Made by a program: the position numbers and the translations under genes
DNA from: Octopus sinensis
Taxonomy: Eukaryota
DNA length: 64,000 nucleotides
Reading direction: 5' to 3'
NCBI RefSeq assembly: GCF_006345805.1
Contig: NC_042997.1
Location: 91,760,001-91,824,000, forward strand
Shown: positions 26,266 to 39,311 of the stretch, piece after piece
Numbering within the stretch: position 1 is the first letter of the stretch
Layout: the number at the start of each line of letters is the position of its first letter
The notes under the pieces: generated by a model
The model's database searches: none
Told to the model about the DNA's origin: nothing
Seen by the model: the letters and a program-made list of their open reading frames with translations, nothing else

Positions 26266-27269
26266 TTGGGTCATCCCATGAATAATGCGGTATTTTCAAT
26301 TGCATGGACTAAAGTCGGAGGGGGACGGGATAAACTTCCTGCATCAGCTTGCTATAAAAGCAGGTAGTAATTTTACCTTTTAAACTTATTCTTAGTGCAA
26401 GTTTTGAAGAGTGCAGTTCGATTTTAAGTTATTTCTTCAAAGCGATAATGGAGCTGATAAAGGAGCATATTCGATATTTTTTTTTTTTTGTACTTGTTTC
26501 AGTCCTTTGACTGCGGCCATGCTGGAGCACCGCCTTTAGAGTGGTGAAAGAGTACAGCAGGGATCACCACCTCCTGCCGGAGCCTCGTGGAGCTTTTAGG
26601 TGTTTTCGCTCAATAAACACACACAACGCCCGGTCTGGGAATCGAAACCGCGATCCTCCGACCGCAAGTCCGCTGCCCTAACCACTAGGCCATTGCGCCT
26701 CCACGGCCATTGCGCCTCCACATATATTGTGCTTTGAGTTCAATAAAGGCAACAACATGATGGAAAGTGCGAGGAATATTAATGTAGTCTATGGGGATTG
26801 GATAATAAACGTAAGACACTGTCAACGATGGGTTCCAGAAATTCAGAGCCGGAAACTACAACCTAGAAGACGAGCCTCGTCCTGGGAAGATCTGTGGAGC
26901 TCGATGAGGACGTCCACAAACTCTGGTGCAACAAAATTCCATCGTAGTTGATGAGGAACTAGCAGAAAAGCTTGGATTTGGTCATTCAACCATTCATTGA
27001 TATTGGAAGAGGCAGCACATTGGGTCAATTGGGTTCCTCACACACTTTACGAGTTTAATCGCGCGCAGAGGGTGAATGCTTGCTCTTTGCTGTCACGTCT
27101 CACGAATGAACCTTTTTTTGGACCGAATAGTGACTGGTGACGAGAAATGGGTTCTCTATGAAAATGATCTTTTTCTCTATAAAAATATTTTAGATTAAAA
27201 AAGAAAATTTGTTTACCTTGATTTTGAAAAATAAATGAAGTATAAAAAACGCATTATTTATGGGATGAC

Positions 27270-27273
<4 letters not shown>
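26266..27273 (+). mobile_element. Internally deleted mariner element with intact TIRs
   Basis: TA-TTGGGTCATCCCAT..AATAATGCG / CGCATTATT..ATGGGATGACCCAA-TA; remnants FEFNKGNN..CQRW, WVPHTL, RIVTGDEKWVLYEN. Confidence 0.9.
26476..26721 (-). mobile_element. tRNA-derived SINE (third head type) nested in the mariner
   Basis: Minus strand GGAGGCGCAATGGCCTAGTGGTTAGGGC..GGTTTCGATTCC (A/B boxes), family-A 3' tail, poly(A). Confidence 0.85.
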
Positions 27274-27304
<31 letters not shown>

Positions 27305-27389
27305 CTTTTGTGTTGACTGTCGGAAAAAATAATTTCTTACTCCTCTGAGTTTCGCTTGTGGGTAGACAGGGTCTGTGGACAATGTGTGG

Positions 27390-27553
27390 AGGTGCAGGCG
27401 TAGTAGTGTGGTAAGAAGCTTGCTTCCCAAACACATGGTTCCAGGTTCAGTCCCACTGCGTAGGACCTTGGGCAAGCATCTTCTAGTAAAACTAAAGCAT
27501 TGTGAGTGGTTTTGGCTGACGGAAACTGAAGTAAGCCCGTCATATAGATAGAC

Positions 27554-27637
<84 letters not shown>

Positions 27638-27813
27638 GTGTACGTGTGTGTGTGTCTTTGTGTTTGTGCTCCACCACCGTAACATAGCGGTTCGGCAAAA
27701 GGATCGATAGAATAAGTACCAGGCTTAAAAAATAAGTGCTAGGATTGATTCATTCGACTAAATATTTTCAAGGCACTGCCCCAGCATGGCCGCAGTCTAA
27801 TGATTGAGACAAG

Positions 27814-27815
<2 letters not shown>
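27390..27815 (+). mobile_element. tRNA-derived SINE, family A with internal (GATA)n
   Basis: Head, body and tail homology to 7167-7642. Confidence 0.85.
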
Positions 27816-27844
<29 letters not shown>

Positions 27845-28015
27845 CGAGTGAGTGGACAAATGAAAGAAAGGCACTCAACCAATTCTTGGGAGTTACATGT
27901 AATTTCTTTATTTCTTGGGAGTTACATGTATGGATGAAAACAGCTTGATTCAAATTCGTTGGTACTATTGAGTTTCAAGCACGATGCTTGTCGTCAGCCA
28001 TTTTGAATTTATATA

Positions 28016-28100
<85 letters not shown>

Positions 28101-28271
28101 GATGTTTTATGGTTTTATGTTGGTTACATATATTAATTCATTTGTTTATATTTATACAGCTAACACGACTTTTTCAAGTAGCACGGTAGATGTAGCCAAG
28201 TCAACATTTTGGGAAATTCGTTTGACTTATAGATGCGAACGCGTGTACACAAACATATACACACACACACG

Positions 28272-28302
<31 letters not shown>

Positions 28303-28464
28303 GCAAACACATACACAGGCAAACACACACACACACATACACACAGAGGCAAACACACACACACACAGGCAAACACACTCACACACACACAATAAACATA
28401 AATAACAAACAAAAGGTAACAAAACTATAACAGACGTTCACAATTTTACATTTTTAGATTGAGA

Positions 28465-28690
28465 AAAGGCGGCAAGCTGGTTGAACCGTTAGCACGTCAG
28501 GCAAAATCCTTAGCGGCTACATTAATCCGTCTTTACGTTCTGTGTTCAAATACCACCGGGGTCGACTTTCCCTTTCATCCTTTTTGTGATAAACAAAAAT
28601 AAGTGCCAGTTGAGCAATAGGGTAGATTTAATCGACTAGACCTCCTCCTGCCAAATTTCTAATCTTGTGCCGAAATTTGAAACCGATATT
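28465..28690 (+). mobile_element. SINE family B
   Basis: AAGGCGGCAAGCTGG head, GTTCAAAT B-box, GTCGACTTT..CTTTCATCC core. Confidence 0.8.
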
Positions 28691-29385
28691 ATAAGGTCGG
28701 AATACAAGGTAAGAACTGAAATAGTATAAATTATAGAGTAAAAGTTATAACATTTCGGATACCAGAGGAAGGGCAAGATTCATTTTCTATGCCCCCCCCA
28801 ACCCCTCTTTTTTATTTATTAAATTTTTTCTACACAAACCCCCGTTTTTGGCTCAGAGAATACGAATCTGCAAAAAAATTGGCAAAAATCGGCATTTTGA
28901 AATTACCCCCACTTCCAAAAACTTTTTCAGAATTTTTTTTTTTTTTTTTTTTTGAAAATATGCAGAAAAATACGGAGATTGTGATTCTGAAACAAAAATT
29001 CCAAAAAGTTCTGTAAAATTTCAATTTAAAAAAAAAAAATTACCTCGGCCCGACCAAAAATGATGATGTGGGGCGAGACGTGAGGAAGTCTTTCCGCTAG
29101 GTTCATTTATACGTACATATGCTATCAAATCTTTCTTTCTTACATACATTCATATATAATATACATTAACTGCTTTAAGAATAATACATATTACATATAT
29201 GTGTGTATGTATGTGTATGACTGTTTATGGAAACATAATGAAAACTATTCTTTACTATAAAGTAAATTGTGATAAAAATAGTAAGCGCGAGGTTTTAACG
29301 GCTGTTGAGTCAGAGCTTTTTTGTCGCTGCTTATAATAAAAACATTACACCTTTTCTCGCTTCACTTCTTTTATTTTCCTATCTG

Positions 29386-29419
<34 letters not shown>

Positions 29420-29455
29420 AATCTATGTATATGTATGTGTATGTATATATATTAC

Positions 29456-29546
<91 letters not shown>

Positions 29547-29656
29547 TATATATATATGTATGTATGTATGTATGTACATAGAAAACAAAAGACGAAGATA
29601 GGTGTATGAACAACAAGCAAGTGTATTGTTTTGACGCTCGGGAAAAATGAAAAAGT

Positions 29657-29692
29657 CGTTTACGTTTCGAGACTACCCTCTTCAACAGAAAA
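29657..29692 (-). ncRNA. Variant-core hammerhead-like motif in dispersed repeat 29582-29695
   Basis: Minus strand TTT-CTGTTGA-A-GAG-GGTAGT-CTC-GAAA-CGTA-AA; homologous to 49098-49135. Confidence 0.55.
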
Positions 29693-29819
29693 AAATATTA
29701 CATATATATATATTTCATTTATGTATGTATGTATGTATGTATGTATGTATGTATGTATGTATGTATGTATGTATGTATCTATGTATGCATGTATGTATGT
29801 ATGCATGTATGTATGCATG

Positions 29820-29854
<35 letters not shown>

Positions 29855-29865
29855 ATGTTATAATC

Positions 29866-30262
29866 CGCAGGCTGTGTGGTAAGAAGTTTGCTTCCCAACC
29901 ACATGACTCTAGGTTCAGTCCCACTGCGTGGCACCTTGGGCAAGTATCTTCTACTATAGTCTCCGGCCGATCAAAGCTTTGTGAGTAGATTTGGTAAACA
30001 GTAATGAGTTTGTCACCCACCATTGCTTTCACAACCGGTGTTGGTGGGTTTTCGTTCCCGTAACTTAGCGGTTCAGCAAAAGATAACGATAAAATAGGGA
30101 CCAAGCTAAAACACAAAAGCAAAAAAGTACTGGTGTCGAATCGTTATATAACCCACTGCGTGGCATCTTGGGAAAGAGTCTTCCACTATAGCCTAGGGCC
30201 AACCAAAACCTCGTGAGTGGATTTGGTAGATGGAAACTGAAAGAAGCGAAACCCGTTGTATA

Positions 30263-30298
<36 letters not shown>

Positions 30299-30611
30299 TG
30301 TATGCATGTATGTATGTATGTATGTATGTATGTATGTATGTATGTATGTATGTATGTATGTATGTATGTATGTATGTATGTATGCATGTATGTATGTGTG
30401 TATATGTCTGTGTGTCTGTGTTTGTACCCCCAACATCGCTTGACAACCTTTGCTGGTGCATCTACGTCCCCGTAACTTAGCGGTTCGGCAAAAGAGACAG
30501 ATAGAATAAGTACTAGGCTTAGAATAAGCCCTGGGGTCGATTTGCTCGACTAAAGGCGGTGCTCCAGCATGGCCGGAGTCAAATGGCTGAAACTAGTAAA
30601 AGAGTAAAAGA

Positions 30612-30612
<1 letters not shown>
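29866..30612 (+). mobile_element. Two tandem family-A SINE copies
   Basis: Head and body at 29866-30135; 5'-truncated copy at 30150-30612 with internal (TATG)n. Confidence 0.85.
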
Positions 30613-30657
<45 letters not shown>

Positions 30658-31685
30658 GAATATATATATATAGAGATAGATAGATAGATAGATAGATACA
30701 CGCGCACACACTCACACATGCACACACATACTTTGTGTGTGTGTGCGCGCGCGCGTGCGACACGGTAACTGAACTAACGAGGGAGCTTTCACGCGGTCGA
30801 ATGATCTGTTAGAAATAGCACTCAAATTCTAAATATATATATATGAGTGTAGACATGACTGGAAAGCCTTTGGTCGTGGGTCTTTGAAACAATTTTCACC
30901 TGGGCTACAAAAACAAAAATCAAAAACAGCAAATGCCGCAGCAGCAACCGTCCAAGAATTTGGACCTGGAGATCTCCATTTCCAGCGACTTCGAGGGCCA
31001 CTTCCCAGTAGTGTCGGGCGTCAACGAAGAGCCCTCGACTACATTAAGACAACCAAAGTTTTTTGGGTTTTTTTAAGGTCTGGGGTCTCCCGCCCCTAAG
31101 CCCTAACCATCACCTAATCACCCTTACTCGTCTTGTTGCTTAACAACAACAACAGCCGCAGCAGCAGCGACAGTCGAAACAGCAACTATACCAAGACAAA
31201 TGTATACCCAGATTAATTGAGTTTAGAATAATTGTTACTTGATGCCCCAGACTTTATTGGGAAAGAAAAGGGGGAGTTTTCTTATCCTTTGCCTTTTTTT
31301 TTAGTATTCTTACAATGGAAATAACAATTATGTAAAAAAACAAAAGTCTTTTCTAAAAATATTTTTACCGCCCCCTACTTCCGTTCCCTTTTTTTTTCTA
31401 CAAGTATACTGGAGAGAATACTTATTCCAAAATCTCGCCAATGGATGAATGTATGACAATTTAGGTATGTGGATATGTGGACCACATTACAAACACATAG
31501 ACTGACCGGTAGATAGATAGATAAAGAGAGAGAGAGGGAGAGACAGATTAGGAGAGAGAGAGAGAGGAGAGAAGAGAGATAGATAGATAGATAGATATAC
31601 ACCACACATGTATACACACACACACGTATAAATATATACCCATACATACATATATACTTTCTCTCTATATATATGTATATATATG

Positions 31686-31771
<86 letters not shown>

Positions 31772-32571
31772 AATATAGATATATACACACATACATACTT
31801 ATATACTTTATTATATATATATATAATATATATATATATATTATTATATATATATTTAAAAGTAATTAAGTAATGTCTGGTTATAATGACTAATGGTTTC
31901 TACAAAGGCCTTAGCCCCTCGAGCGTATATGTGAATGTATGTGTGTATGTATGTATGTATGTATGTATGTATGCATGTATGTATGTGTATGTATGTATGT
32001 ATGTATGTATGTATGTATGCATGTATGTATGTATGTATGTATGTATGTATGTATGTATGTATGTATGTATGTGTGAATATCTTTTAGAAAAAATAAAACG
32101 CCTATGAACACGATAAAGGAGTACCTACCCTGCATATGTGACATTTTGCCACGATTCTTCTGTCGGGTAATAATTACTCCTGTCTGCGACATAAGCATGA
32201 CCAAGTATTCCGCCTGCAGCCGGCCAGAAAATAGTGAGAACAAGTAAATATATTCGCATTTCTTCGTACCCCTGCTTACTCGAAGTTCCTCAAGCTGTCA
32301 CTGACTTTTGATTGGTGACAAAGCACACTCGTATATACTCACACGCGCGCACGTAACGCGCACGGTTCTTACTCAAAGGCTTGATCGAGCTGACTAGGAA
32401 CTTCTCATCTAACGCAAGCCCTTCTCATCAGCCAGCGTGTTCGCGGGTTAAATAATTAAAAAACAAAAAAAAAATTTGGAAATAAAAAAGAAAAGGAAAA
32501 AGAAAGAAAAAGAGGGAGAAAAAGAAAGTAAACAAATAGAAGCCTCGTACATCCGCGCATATCCACGCACG

Positions 32572-32608
<37 letters not shown>

Positions 32609-33023
32609 CACATATGCGTAAACATATATTTATTCATGTAAAAGCGCTCAAACACTAAGAAAAATACGCACAGATGCGGTGGACACACACGCGCGTGGGA
32701 CTGTAGTATTTACATATATTTGACGTGAATAGTTATATCGAGAATGCTATGTACACACACACACTATCGACATAGCGACATCTTTACGCACTCATTCACA
32801 CATACAACGCATGCACACCCACACACCCCCACACACATACACAAACATCCACAACCCCCCCACACACCACAAACACACACAAACACACAGACACATAGAC
32901 ACATACACACCACTCACACACATGTGTACACATGCCTTTAATTTGTAGGGAGTGATACAATCGGAAGTTGTCAAGATCGCTGTGCCAACACACGCGCGCA
33001 CACACATACACACGTACACACAC

Positions 33024-33083
<60 letters not shown>

Positions 33084-33849
33084 CACCACACTTTTATATA
33101 CATACGTACATTATATATATATAATATATATATATAATATATATATTAATGCTTAGCAGTGTTTCGTCTGTCTCGTCGTTCTGCGTTCAAATTCTGCTGA
33201 GGTTGACTTTCCTTTCATCCTTTCGGAGTCGATAATATAAGTACCAGTTGAACGCTAGGGTCGATTTCTCCCCTGGAATTACTAACCTTGTACCAAAATT
33301 TGAAATCAACATAATACCCTACTTAAACATTAATCGCAGCGACATTTTACCTTTTCTTGAAAATGTGTTTAAGATACTAATATTTTGTTTTAAAATACTA
33401 TTCCTAAAGCAAAAAAAAAAAGTCACGGATTCTTTAGAAACACCCAACACCCTATATAGGATAGGATCCCCTTAACATTTGCCTCTCTTCAACATTTTCG
33501 GCCCCATTTTGAGCTCACACTGCCTCCAAAGTGCTGCACTGTCCGGTTTAAGAATCACTGCTGTATACAAATCCAAAGCAATGTTCATACCTATATTAAA
33601 TGTGTGGGATATTTTCCACATGTGTGTGCGAAGTGTGTGCGTGTGCAACGTACGTGCGTGCGAGCCTTGTGTGTATGTGCGCATGCGCATGTGTGTACAT
33701 ACATACTAACTGGCCCTTCCAGACAGATGAGATTTATGCTATTTATGTTCCTATTAAACTATTACAATTCAACACTTACGAGAGAGACATAAGCAGGGAG
33801 CTCCCGGAGGCCAATTTTTTTAAAAGGAAGGGATGGGTTTAGAGATCAT

Positions 33850-34720
33850 TGCAGAACCTAGAGAAATTGGACACATTCAGTGATGAGAGGAGAAGAGACG
33901 AGTGAACTGCGAACGACTGGGTGGAAGTAGCGTTTGTAAATAGCTCAACTCAGTCCCAAGAGCAGGGTCCATTATTGGAGTGGTAGAAAAAGCATAGAGA
34001 GTAGACAGGTCACCTGTTAGTCAGAGGCTGGAGCGTGTATGCGAGTACTTTAAGCTAATCATTCAGGATACTTTTTTCTGGTTATGACATAGAATGTCTA
34101 AGTGCGCAGCAGCAGCACCCTACTAAGTGAGGAAGCAGTATTCAATTTTGGAGTTCACTTGAGCTTAGTTGAGTGTGAATATTTGTTGGCACTGAAGAGA
34201 ATGAATATATCATGGTCCTGGAGAGAAGGCCAAGTTGTTGGAAATGCGGTACTTAGCAATGGTAAAGATATGGTTTCACCAGGAGAGATCTTCGATGAGA
34301 GGCTCAGCATTTGGGACAATCATGAGAGGACTGGCTGCGTGATGGTCATGTTTAAGGGACAAATACTGAGGTAATATTTTCTTGATATGAGTAGCGTTTG
34401 TGCTTTCTTGCCGTTCAGAGAAATAGGATTGGCGTATCCCCCTAATGGAGGACCCTGTCGAAATCTCTGTTCCTGGAAACGGTGCGCGAATTTGGTATAT
34501 GGTATCTAGTTTTGTGTGGATGATAGGGACAGAAAGAGCTCGTACACACACACACACACACAGCAGCGCAATTCGAGAGATAAGAGGTGGATGGAGCCCG
34601 AGGCAGGCAGATTCGACGGGAGATTTTGCTGCCTGACACAGATGAAAGCTTCCGAGGGCGCGAGTCAGTCGGTGGTTCACATAGGAGGGTAGGACACTGG
34701 TGGATTTGACTTTACGGAAA
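33850..34720 (-). mobile_element. Possible LINE 5'/endonuclease remnant
   Basis: GC-richer block with weak APE-like words (SIRGI, FYHS, TGDL); highly degenerate. Confidence 0.3.
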
Positions 34721-34726
34721 CCAGAG

Positions 34727-34777
<51 letters not shown>

Positions 34778-34864
34778 GGGAAGAGAGACCAATACCTACA
34801 TATATCCATATTGCAGCTGCACATATATACATATATGTTTGTGCATGCTTGTATGTATACACCT

Positions 34865-34911
<47 letters not shown>

Positions 34912-34967
34912 ATGTACTGTTCCGTGTTGGTAAGATCAACAAAGTATTCCATCTGATGAGTGATAGA

Positions 34968-35423
34968 TATTATTTAATAAACACAATACATGTTTTTATG
35001 TGCTACTATAAGTTTTATGCGATGAGAGCATGCCAGACAGTATTTTTTTAACACGTCTGGTGTCTCAGCGCAATCTCCAGACACTGTCCGACAGAATCGT
35101 TAGCACGCCAGGCGAAGTGCTTAGCGGTATTTCGTCTGGCGTTACGTTCTGAGTTTATACTCCGCCGAGGTCGACTTTGCCTTTCATCCTTTCGGGGTCG
35201 ATTAAATAAGTACCAGTGACGCGCTGGGGTCGATGTAATCGACTTAAACCCTTTGTCTGTCCTTGTTTGTTCCCTCTATGCTTAGCCCCCTGTGGCCAAT
35301 AAAGAAATTAAAATAATAGCATATAATGGCGGTGACCCAGCATGGCCACAGCTCATGAGCTGAAACTAGATAAAATACAATAAAATAAAATATAAAAGCA
35401 TATATCGTGTTTATTAAATAATA
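34968..35423. mobile_element. Segment bounded by a 31-bp inverted repeat and containing a family-B SINE
   Basis: TATTATTTAATAAACAC..TTTTA (34968-34998) versus reverse complement of 35393-35423, 3 mismatches; SINE B at ~35090-35310. Confidence 0.6.
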
Positions 35424-36034
35424 AAATAAAATAAGATATATATATATATATCGGGAATTTTATCCGCCCTATATATATGTGTGTATATATATGTATATGT
35501 ATGTATGTATGTATGTATGTAGTATGTATGTATGTATGTATGTATGTATTATGTATGTATGTATGTTCTAGCTGAGTAGCCCATCGTTGCTTGTTAATTT
35601 TTACAATAGAATACCATTTTTATTCCATGTCAAACCATATCTTCTCCAATTATAACCTGGGGCGTACCAAAGCCTTGTGAGTGTATTTGGTTGACGGAAA
35701 CTGAAAGGGTCCAGTCGTATATATATGTATGTATTTGTGTGTGTATATGTATGCGTGTTTGTATGTGTGTGTATGTGTGTCGGTGTTTGTCCCTCTACCA
35801 TCACTTAACAACCGACGTTGGTGTGTTTACGTCCCCGTAACTTTGCAGTTCGGCAAAAGAGACCGATAGAATAAGCACTAGACTCACAAAGAATAAGTCC
35901 TGGGGGTCGATTTCTTCGATTAAAACCCTTTACGGTTGTGCTCCAGCAAGGCCACAGTCAAATGAGGGAAACAAGTGAAAAATAAAAGAATAAAAGAATA
36001 TATATATATTCTTTTAAATATATATATATATATC

Positions 36035-36117
<83 letters not shown>

Positions 36118-36221
36118 ATATACATATATATAACACTATAATACATAGTGTAATAATACATTATTATTAGTTAGTTCTACATGTGGATCTGGCTGTCTGT
36201 ATGTCTGAAATCTAAAGGCTA

Positions 36222-36289
36222 TCCCACTGATGAAAACTGGCCTTCAGCGAATATTTTTGCTGGAAATAGTTAGAAACGATGGTCCGGGA
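36222..36289 (+). ncRNA. Type-I hammerhead ribozyme, repeat A1 (two structural mismatches)
   Basis: CTGATGA 36227-36233; extended stem II; GAAA 36273-36276; CGATGGTC (broken palindrome); stem I TCCCA/CGGGA. Confidence 0.7.
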
Positions 36290-36853
36290 AATAGTTGAGA
36301 TGGTAAACGTTTTTAATTTTCATTCCTTTCGAGAATTTATCCTTTTTGTTGTGGTTTTTGAGATTTCTACTGCTCTTTCTAGCACAACGCTTCCCATTAG
36401 GAAGCCTCTTATTGTATTTCTATATGAATAATATATAGTCTAATCGACCCCGAAAGGATGAAAGGCAAAGTCGACCTCGGTGGAGTATAAACTCAGAACG
36501 TAACGCCAGACGAAATACCGCTAAGCACTTCACCTGGCGTGCTAACGATTCTGCCGGACAGTGTCCGGAGATTGCGCTGAGACACCAGACGTGTAAAAAA
36601 ATACTGTCTGGCATGCTCTCATCGCATGAAACTAATTCGTTTTTTGTGCTAGGCCACTGGTAATAATAATTTATTATTACCCTATGTATTACGTTTAAAT
36701 ATTGTTTGATGAATTTGTTCGAAATTTTTACCGGCATCCTCTCTGTTGCCGGGTATAATCTGCGTCTACGCAGTGGTTTGAAAAGTTAGGATATACAAAC
36801 CGTTAGTTCTACATGTGGATCTGGCTGTCTGTATGTCTGAAATCTAAAGGCTA

Positions 36854-36920
36854 TCCCACTGATGAAATTGGCCTTCAGCGAATATTTTTGCTGGAAATAG
36901 TTAGAAACCATGGTCTGGGA
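36854..36920 (+). ncRNA. Type-I hammerhead ribozyme, repeat B1
   Basis: Stem I TCCCA/TGGGA; CTGATGA 36859-36865; stem II AATTG/TAGTT plus TTCAGCG/TGCTGGA; GAAA 36904-36907; palindrome ACCATGGT; GTC triplet. Confidence 0.85.
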
Positions 36921-37058
36921 ATAGTTGAGATGGTAAACGTTTTTAATTTTCATTCCTTTCGAGATTTATCCTTTTTGTTGTGATTTTTGAGATTTCTACT
37001 ACTCTTTCTAGCACAACGCTTTCCTATTAGGAAGCCTCTTATTGTATATAACACTCTC

Positions 37059-37150
<92 letters not shown>

Positions 37151-37252
37151 ATACATATATATAACACTATAATACATAGTGTAATAATACATTATTATTA
37201 GTTAGTTCTACATGTGGATCTGGCTGTCTGTATGTCTGAAATCTAAAGGCTA

Positions 37253-37322
37253 TCCCACTGATGAAAACTGGCCTTCAGCGAATATTTTTTTGCTGGAAAT
37301 AGTTAGAAACGATGGTCCGGGA
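37253..37322 (+). ncRNA. Type-I hammerhead ribozyme, repeat A2
   Basis: Same features and same diagnostic mismatches as A1. Confidence 0.7.
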
Positions 37323-37888
37323 AATAGTTGAGATGGTAAACGTTTTTAATTTTCATTCCTTTCGAGAATTTATCCTTTTTGTTGTGGTTTTTGAGATTTC
37401 TACTGCTCTTTCTAGCACAACGCTTTCCCATTAGGAAGCCTCTTATTGTATTTCTATATGAATAATATATAGTCTAATCGACCCCGAAAGGATGAAAGGC
37501 AAAGTCGACCTCGGTGGAGTATAAACTCAGAACGTAACGCCAGACGAAATACCGCTAAGCACTTCACCTGGCGTGCTAACGATTCTGCCGGACAGTGTCC
37601 GGAGATTGCGCTGAGACACCAGACGTGTTAAAAAAATACTGTCTGGCATGCTCTCATCGCATGAAACTAATTCGTTTTTTGTGCTAGGCCACTGGTAATA
37701 ATAATTTATTATTACCCTATGTATTACGTTTAAATATTGTTTGATGAATTTGTTCGAAATTTTTACCGGCATCCTCTCTGTTGCCGGGTATAATCTGCGT
37801 CTACGCAGTGGTTTGAAAAGTTAGGATATACAAACCGTTAGTTCTACATGTGGATCTGGCTGTCTGTATGTCTGAAATCTAAAGGCTA

Positions 37889-37956
37889 TCCCACTGATGA
37901 AAATTGGCCTTCAGCGAATATTTTTGCTGGAAATAGTTAGAAACCATGGTCTGGGA
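37889..37956 (+). ncRNA. Type-I hammerhead ribozyme, repeat B2
   Basis: Same features as B1; CTGATGA 37894-37900. Confidence 0.85.
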
Positions 37957-38091
37957 AATAGTTGAGATGGTAAACGTTTTTAATTTTCATTCCTTTCGAG
38001 AATTTATCCTTTTTGTTGTGATTTTTGAGATTTCTACTACTCTTTCTAGCACAACGCTTTCCTATTAGGAAGCCTCTTATTGTATATAACA

Positions 38092-38154
<63 letters not shown>

Positions 38155-39311
38155 ATTCAGTATATAGCATATCTGTTCATATACTTCATCCACAAATATA
38201 ATCCTATGAGATTATACATAATCTGCTTACGTATCTAGTCCTCTTTGTCCTTTCTGATACTCTATTCTGTACTATTTACAGATGTAACTGTCAATGCTCA
38301 GAGTAAACCAAACAATATTTGAGAAATTCTTTTGCGTTGTGGTCGAGAGAGTTCGTCTGCATGTCGAGAACTCTAGATTTACTGGACTGCAATTATTTTA
38401 GAGGCATTAACTTCAAGCTACATGTCCTACAGTATGCGTCACAACGTGACCATCCATTGTCACTACTTAGCATTTTCTAAATCCGTTGTATTCGAAACGG
38501 TGAAGTCTGCCTTACCAACATTTCTAAGTTCTACAGAATTTGACATTTTGAGGACTTAACCTTTTGAAGATTGTTCACCATCTTCTGTAGCCGTAGCAAG
38601 CCTTTTTCCAATGAATTGTCGTATATCCACTATATGTTGGACTTGCAACAAAGCATTAATAAGTTGTTTATAGGTAACTTTGTCTTAAAAAATTACAAAA
38701 TGCTTGCTAACACAGTAGTTTGACATACTAAAAAAAGATTAATGATTATTTTTGCAACGTGGTAATTTTTATCTTTCCGTCGGTTCAGAATTACTTCAAT
38801 TTTGTTCAGCCTACAAAAATAGCTATATTTTGTGTATTTGGAGGGTGGCTCCCAGATGGGCGATAACCGGAACCAAAGAGTCAAGAATTGGGCGGCGTTT
38901 GTATATTCATAATAAACATTAGGAAGATATTATTTACCGTCTTTATCCGCTGATTTCTGTTTAACAAACGCACAACGACGAATTTGTGAGGAAATACGGA
39001 AATACTTCGCGAGAAACGTGACCGACGCGAAAGTAATATCACGAACGAGGACTAAATGGAATATTTATGGAATTACATTAAAATTAAATTTTGGTGATTT
39101 GAACAGAGCTATTGTAAGCATGGGCAATGCCTAAGTTTGCTTTGACCTGGTGCCACCAGTATATATCTGTTACTTGTTTCCGTCATTTAACTGCAGCCAT
39201 GCTGGAGCGCAACCTTGAAGGATTTAATCGAATAGATTGCCCACAGTACTTATTTTTTAAAGTCTAGTACTAAGATTAATTACTTTAGATTACTTAAAAT
39301 ATGTTTGTAAA

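Larger units (their letters stand above)
36131..38098 (+). repeat. Tandem duplication of a ~1.03-kb unit; each unit has two ~250-bp HHR-containing direct repeats flanking a ~385-bp spacer (retrozyme/pLTR-like)
   Basis: Repeats at 36170-36417, 36802-37047, 37201-37451, 37837-38085; spacers 36418-36801 and 37452-37836; embedded in (TA)n. Confidence 0.9.

Noticed and set aside
28700-29100. Possible DNA-transposon end fragment
   Set aside because: No partner TIR or TSD found
32160-32450. CpG-richer patch with ATTGG as a possible promoter (also 380-580 and 38880-39060)
   Set aside because: No linked exon or transcript evidence in the window
34953-34965. Isolated CTGATGA (also 6178, 24345, 54679, and minus strand at ~1637 and ~32425)
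   Set aside because: No paired stem II plus GAAA; several lie inside TE coding remnants
36170-38085. CRISPR-like or LTR retrotransposon reading of the direct repeats
   Set aside because: Repeats are ~250 bp with duplicated spacers, no cas genes, no TG..CA ends, PBS or gag/pol
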